A stretch of DNA of 32,000 nt, taken from assembly GCA_027452145.1 (NCBI GenBank), contig DAIDHB010000418.1:11332-43331 (forward strand), given 5' to 3'. Every line of letters begins with the position of its first letter. Position 1 is the stretch's first letter. Origin of the DNA: Planctomycetales bacterium (GTDB taxonomy: Bacteria; Planctomycetota; Planctomycetia; Isosphaerales; Isosphaeraceae). The notes under the pieces are model-generated. The model had not been told where the DNA came from. It did no database searches and saw only the letters and a program-made list of their open reading frames with translations. This document shows, piece after piece, positions 29,859-32,000 of this stretch. A program made the position numbers and the translations under genes.

Positions 29859-30917
29859 TCAGCCTCCGAACTCATCCACGAGGAACGCCGCGACCCTGTC
29901 CCACAGGTTGGCCGCGGCCTGGAAGTCGGCCGCCATCGCGTGCACGGTCCTCGGCGTCTCGACGCGAGCCGGGGCCTTCGTGCTGGTGAGCAAGGGGATC
30001 TGCGCCGCGGGCCCGTTGGCCAGCTCCGCCTCAACCTCGGGGCTGAGCAGGTAATCGGCCAGCGCGCGCGCCGGTCCGACATTTTCCGCCCCCTTGATGA
30101 TGGCGATCGTGTTGGGGATGAACAGCGTGCCCAGCTCATCGGGTGCGCGGTCGGGATACACGATCGCGACCGGGCTGCCGGCATCGACCTCGCCCATGGC
30201 GTCGTCGGTGTCGGTGATGCCGAAGGCGATCTGCCCCGATCCGGCCGCGGTGGCGACCTGCTTGTTCCCCGAGAGCACCTGCACACCGTTGGCCCTGAGC
30301 GCCCGGTAATAGTCCCTGGCCTTCTCATCGCCCCAGGCGGCGAACAGGCAGGCGGCGTGCGTTGCCGTCGTGCCGAACAGCGGCTTGGCGATGCCGACCT
30401 TCCCCTTCCACCTCGGGTCCAGCAGGTCGCGGATCCCCTTCGGTCGTTCGCCTTCGGGGACGAGCTTCGTATTCACGACCAGGACGCGGGCGCGGCCGGC
30501 GAAGCCGTACCAGGTTCCGTCATCCGCCCTGAACGTCGCCGGGATCTCCCCGGCGTGCGACGGCCGGAACGGCTCGAGCAGCCCCTGCTTCTTCAGCCGC
30601 AGCGTGTTGAGGATCTCGTTGTTCCAGAACAGGTCGCACCGCGGCCTCGCCTTCTCGGCGATGATGTCATTGGCCAGGCCGACCGTCTTGGTGCTCTCGA
30701 CGTCGAACTTGGGCAGGAGCTTCACACCCGACTGCTTGCGATAGGCGTCGAGGATCGGCTCCGCGAACACGCGGTCCTGCGCCGAGTACACCCGCACCAC
30801 CGCCGACGGCGGCGAGCCCCCTGCCCCGTCGCGAGCGCCGCCGCACCCGGCCAGCACGACCGCCGCCATCCCGAATCCGAGATTGAACCACCCGCGCACC
30901 TTCGCCCGTCGTCTCAC
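29859..30917 (-). CDS. ABC-type periplasmic solute-binding lipoprotein (family 1, iron(III)/FbpA-like)
   Basis: The GTG at 30917 gives MRRRAKVRGWFNLGFGMAAVVLAGCGG, a lipoprotein signal with the lipobox LAGC. This is followed by VRVYSAQDRVFAEPILDAYRKQSGVKL...DLFWNNEILNTLRLKKQGLLEPF...GTWYGFAGRARVLVVN. The upstream 76 codons of the track ORF cover a repeat element and were rejected. Confidence 0.85.
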   Translation of the reverse strand: MRRRAKVRGWFNLGFGMAAVVLAGCGGARDGAGGSPPSAVVRVYSAQDRVFAEPILDAYRKQSGVKLLPKFDVESTKTVGLANDIIAEKARPRCDLFWNNEILNTLRLKKQGLLEPFRPSHAGEIPATFRADDGTWYGFAGRARVLVVNTKLVPEGERPKGIRDLLDPRWKGKVGIAKPLFGTTATHAACLFAAWGDEKARDYYRALRANGVQVLSGNKQVATAAGSGQIAFGITDTDDAMGEVDAGSPVAIVYPDRAPDELGTLFIPNTIAIIKGAENVGPARALADYLLSPEVEAELANGPAAQIPLLTSTKAPARVETPRTVHAMAADFQAAANLWDRVAAFLVDEFGG

Positions 30918-30986
30918 GATCCGCCCCTCAAAGAGTACGCCGCAGGGCCCGTCATCTTGCGACGGATATGAAAGGGTCTCGAGTAG

Positions 30987-31038
30987 GTCGGGCATTCTTG
31001 CCCGACGGGGCCCTGGGCGCCGGGCAAGACTGCCCGAC
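30987..31038. repeat. Palindromic repeat family 2, copy B
   Basis: The sequence is GTCGGGCATTCTTGCCCGAC (30987-31006), a 12-nt spacer, then GCCGGGCAAGACTGCCCGAC (31019-31038). Arm 1 is identical to copy A at 5294-5313. It lies between the DUF1559 gene stop (31172) and the solute-binding-protein gene start (30917). Confidence 0.8.
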
Positions 31039-31171
31039 CTTCTTTCATGCCGGAGTCGTCCCGCCCCGACTCGTGTCTCCGGCGAGTCTATGACGTCCGT
31101 CGGACGAGTGTCAATCCCCCTGACGAAGTCATTCGGAGTCGCCACCGGGACGAACGGGCCGAATGCCCGAC

Positions 31172-32000
31172 TCAGAACTGGTCGGCCGAGAGGACCTCGC
31201 CGCCGGCGCGGGTGGCGAGCGCCTGGAAGACGCGGAAGCCGACCTGCTCCTTGATGAACCGGACGCTGCCGTCGGCGAACAGGAAGTTGGCACCGCCGGG
31301 ATGCATCGCCCAGTACTGGTCGCCGTGCGCGAGCCCCGAGGGGGAGTTGGGCCCGTGCCCCTCGCCGGTGTGCGAGAGGACAAGCGCGCCGCTGCCCTCG
31401 GGGTCGAGGCCGGCCTCGGCCTGGAGCAGGACCAGCGGGACCGCCGCGTTGGTGACGGCGCCGGTCCAGGTGGCGCGCGACAGGTTCTGGCTCCGCTCTC
31501 CCACGGCGAACGTCTGGCTGGTGCCGTCGGTGATCGACGCGATCCGGATCGAGTGGTTGCGGAAAAATAGTCCGTTGCCGTTGTCGCGGCCGGGGGGCGC
31601 GTCTGTGTTGATCCAGGGATACAGGCTCGACGGGTCGCTGTTGCCGACCGAGCCGACGTAGTTCGACGACGCGACCTGGCAGATTGGCGCGCCGGGCGTG
31701 GTGTTCGACGTCGACGAATCGACCACGGTAAAGAGGTCCTCGCGCCAGGCATCCGACGGGCAGAGGAAGCTCTTGAGCACCGTGACCCGAGCGGTCTGAT
31801 TCGCGGGGTACTCGATGTTCATTACGAAGTTGATGCTGTTATAAACCGGGGTTCCTTCCATCTGGTTCATGGCGAGGGCCGCCCAGCCCCAGCCCGGCCC
31901 GTCGTTGCGATAGGTGACCCGGTCCATCAGCGAGAGGTACCCGGGCGGGAAGGCGCCGCAGGTGTCGTGGTAGTTGTGCAGCGCGATGCCGATCTGCTTG
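31172..32000 (-). CDS. DUF1559 protein, C-terminal part; the N-terminus is beyond the right window edge
   Basis: The track ORF 31172..31927 stays open upstream to the window edge. My own translation of 31928-31999 gives KQIGIALHNYHDTCGAFPPGYLSL, the conserved DUF1559 N-terminal block. The C-terminus has HPGGANFLFADGSVRFI. Confidence 0.9.
   Translation of the reverse strand, partial: KQIGIALHNYHDTCGAFPPGYLSLMDRVTYRNDGPGWGWAALAMNQMEGTPVYNSINFVMNIEYPANQTARVTVLKSFLCPSDAWREDLFTVVDSSTSNTTPGAPICQVASSNYVGSVGNSDPSSLYPWINTDAPPGRDNGNGLFFRNHSIRIASITDGTSQTFAVGERSQNLSRATWTGAVTNAAVPLVLLQAEAGLDPEGSGALVLSHTGEGHGPNSPSGLAHGDQYWAMHPGGANFLFADGSVRFIKEQVGFRVFQALATRAGGEVLSADQF

Noticed and set aside
28261-30054. 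597-aa plus-strand ORF
   Set aside because: It is antisense to the DUF1559, DUF1080-like and SBP genes.
30918-31145. N-terminal 76 codons of the 428-aa ORF 29859..31145
   Set aside because: This part covers the family-2 palindromic repeat. The GTG at 30917 yields a textbook lipoprotein signal peptide ending in LAGC.

Overview
This is a very GC-rich bacterial chromosomal segment. The taxonomy looks planctomycete (Isosphaeraceae-like): two DUF1559 proteins carry the prepilin-type N-terminus [17 protein letters not shown], and there are many long arginine-rich antisense ORFs. I support about 30 protein-coding genes. I saw no rRNA, tRNA, CRISPR array, transposase or integrase.

Gene content, left to right:
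- amtB 5' end, a secreted hypothetical protein, a STAS protein, a beta-barrel outer-membrane protein and rpe.
- An ECF42-type sigma factor neighbourhood: two VOC/PhnB-like genes, a tandem DGPF/YCII gene and the sigma factor with a C-terminal extension. A Rieske oxygenase and a Phd-like/MazF toxin-antitoxin pair interrupt it.
- An LpxH-like phosphoesterase and a SAM methyltransferase.
- A tightly packed minus-strand cluster: GMC oxidoreductase, PSD-family decarboxylase, a Rossmann-like/TM/FAD-PCMH protein, a double-length class-III aminotransferase and a DUF962-like membrane protein.
- A secreted isochorismatase-like/NPCBM fusion protein, then a MarR regulator with a RutE-like nitroreductase.
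- An Ldh2-family dehydrogenase with L-2-hydroxyglutarate oxidase, and a soluble GAF-PAS histidine kinase.
- An operon encoding a solute-binding lipoprotein, a DUF1080-like protein and a DUF1559 protein, followed by a second DUF1559 gene.

The most interesting items are:
1. The oxidase/decarboxylase/aminotransferase/membrane-protein cluster at 13.2-20.4 kb. It matches no pathway I know and looks like an uncharacterised amine-forming membrane-lipid pathway.
2. The internally duplicated aminotransferase, whose N-terminal half lacks the catalytic lysine.
3. Two dispersed families of intergenic palindromic repeats that sit just 3' of stop codons.
4. The ECF42/DGPF/VOC cluster, with TGTCG(A/C) hexamers upstream of its genes.

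All functional calls rest on motif recognition by eye. No database search was run.
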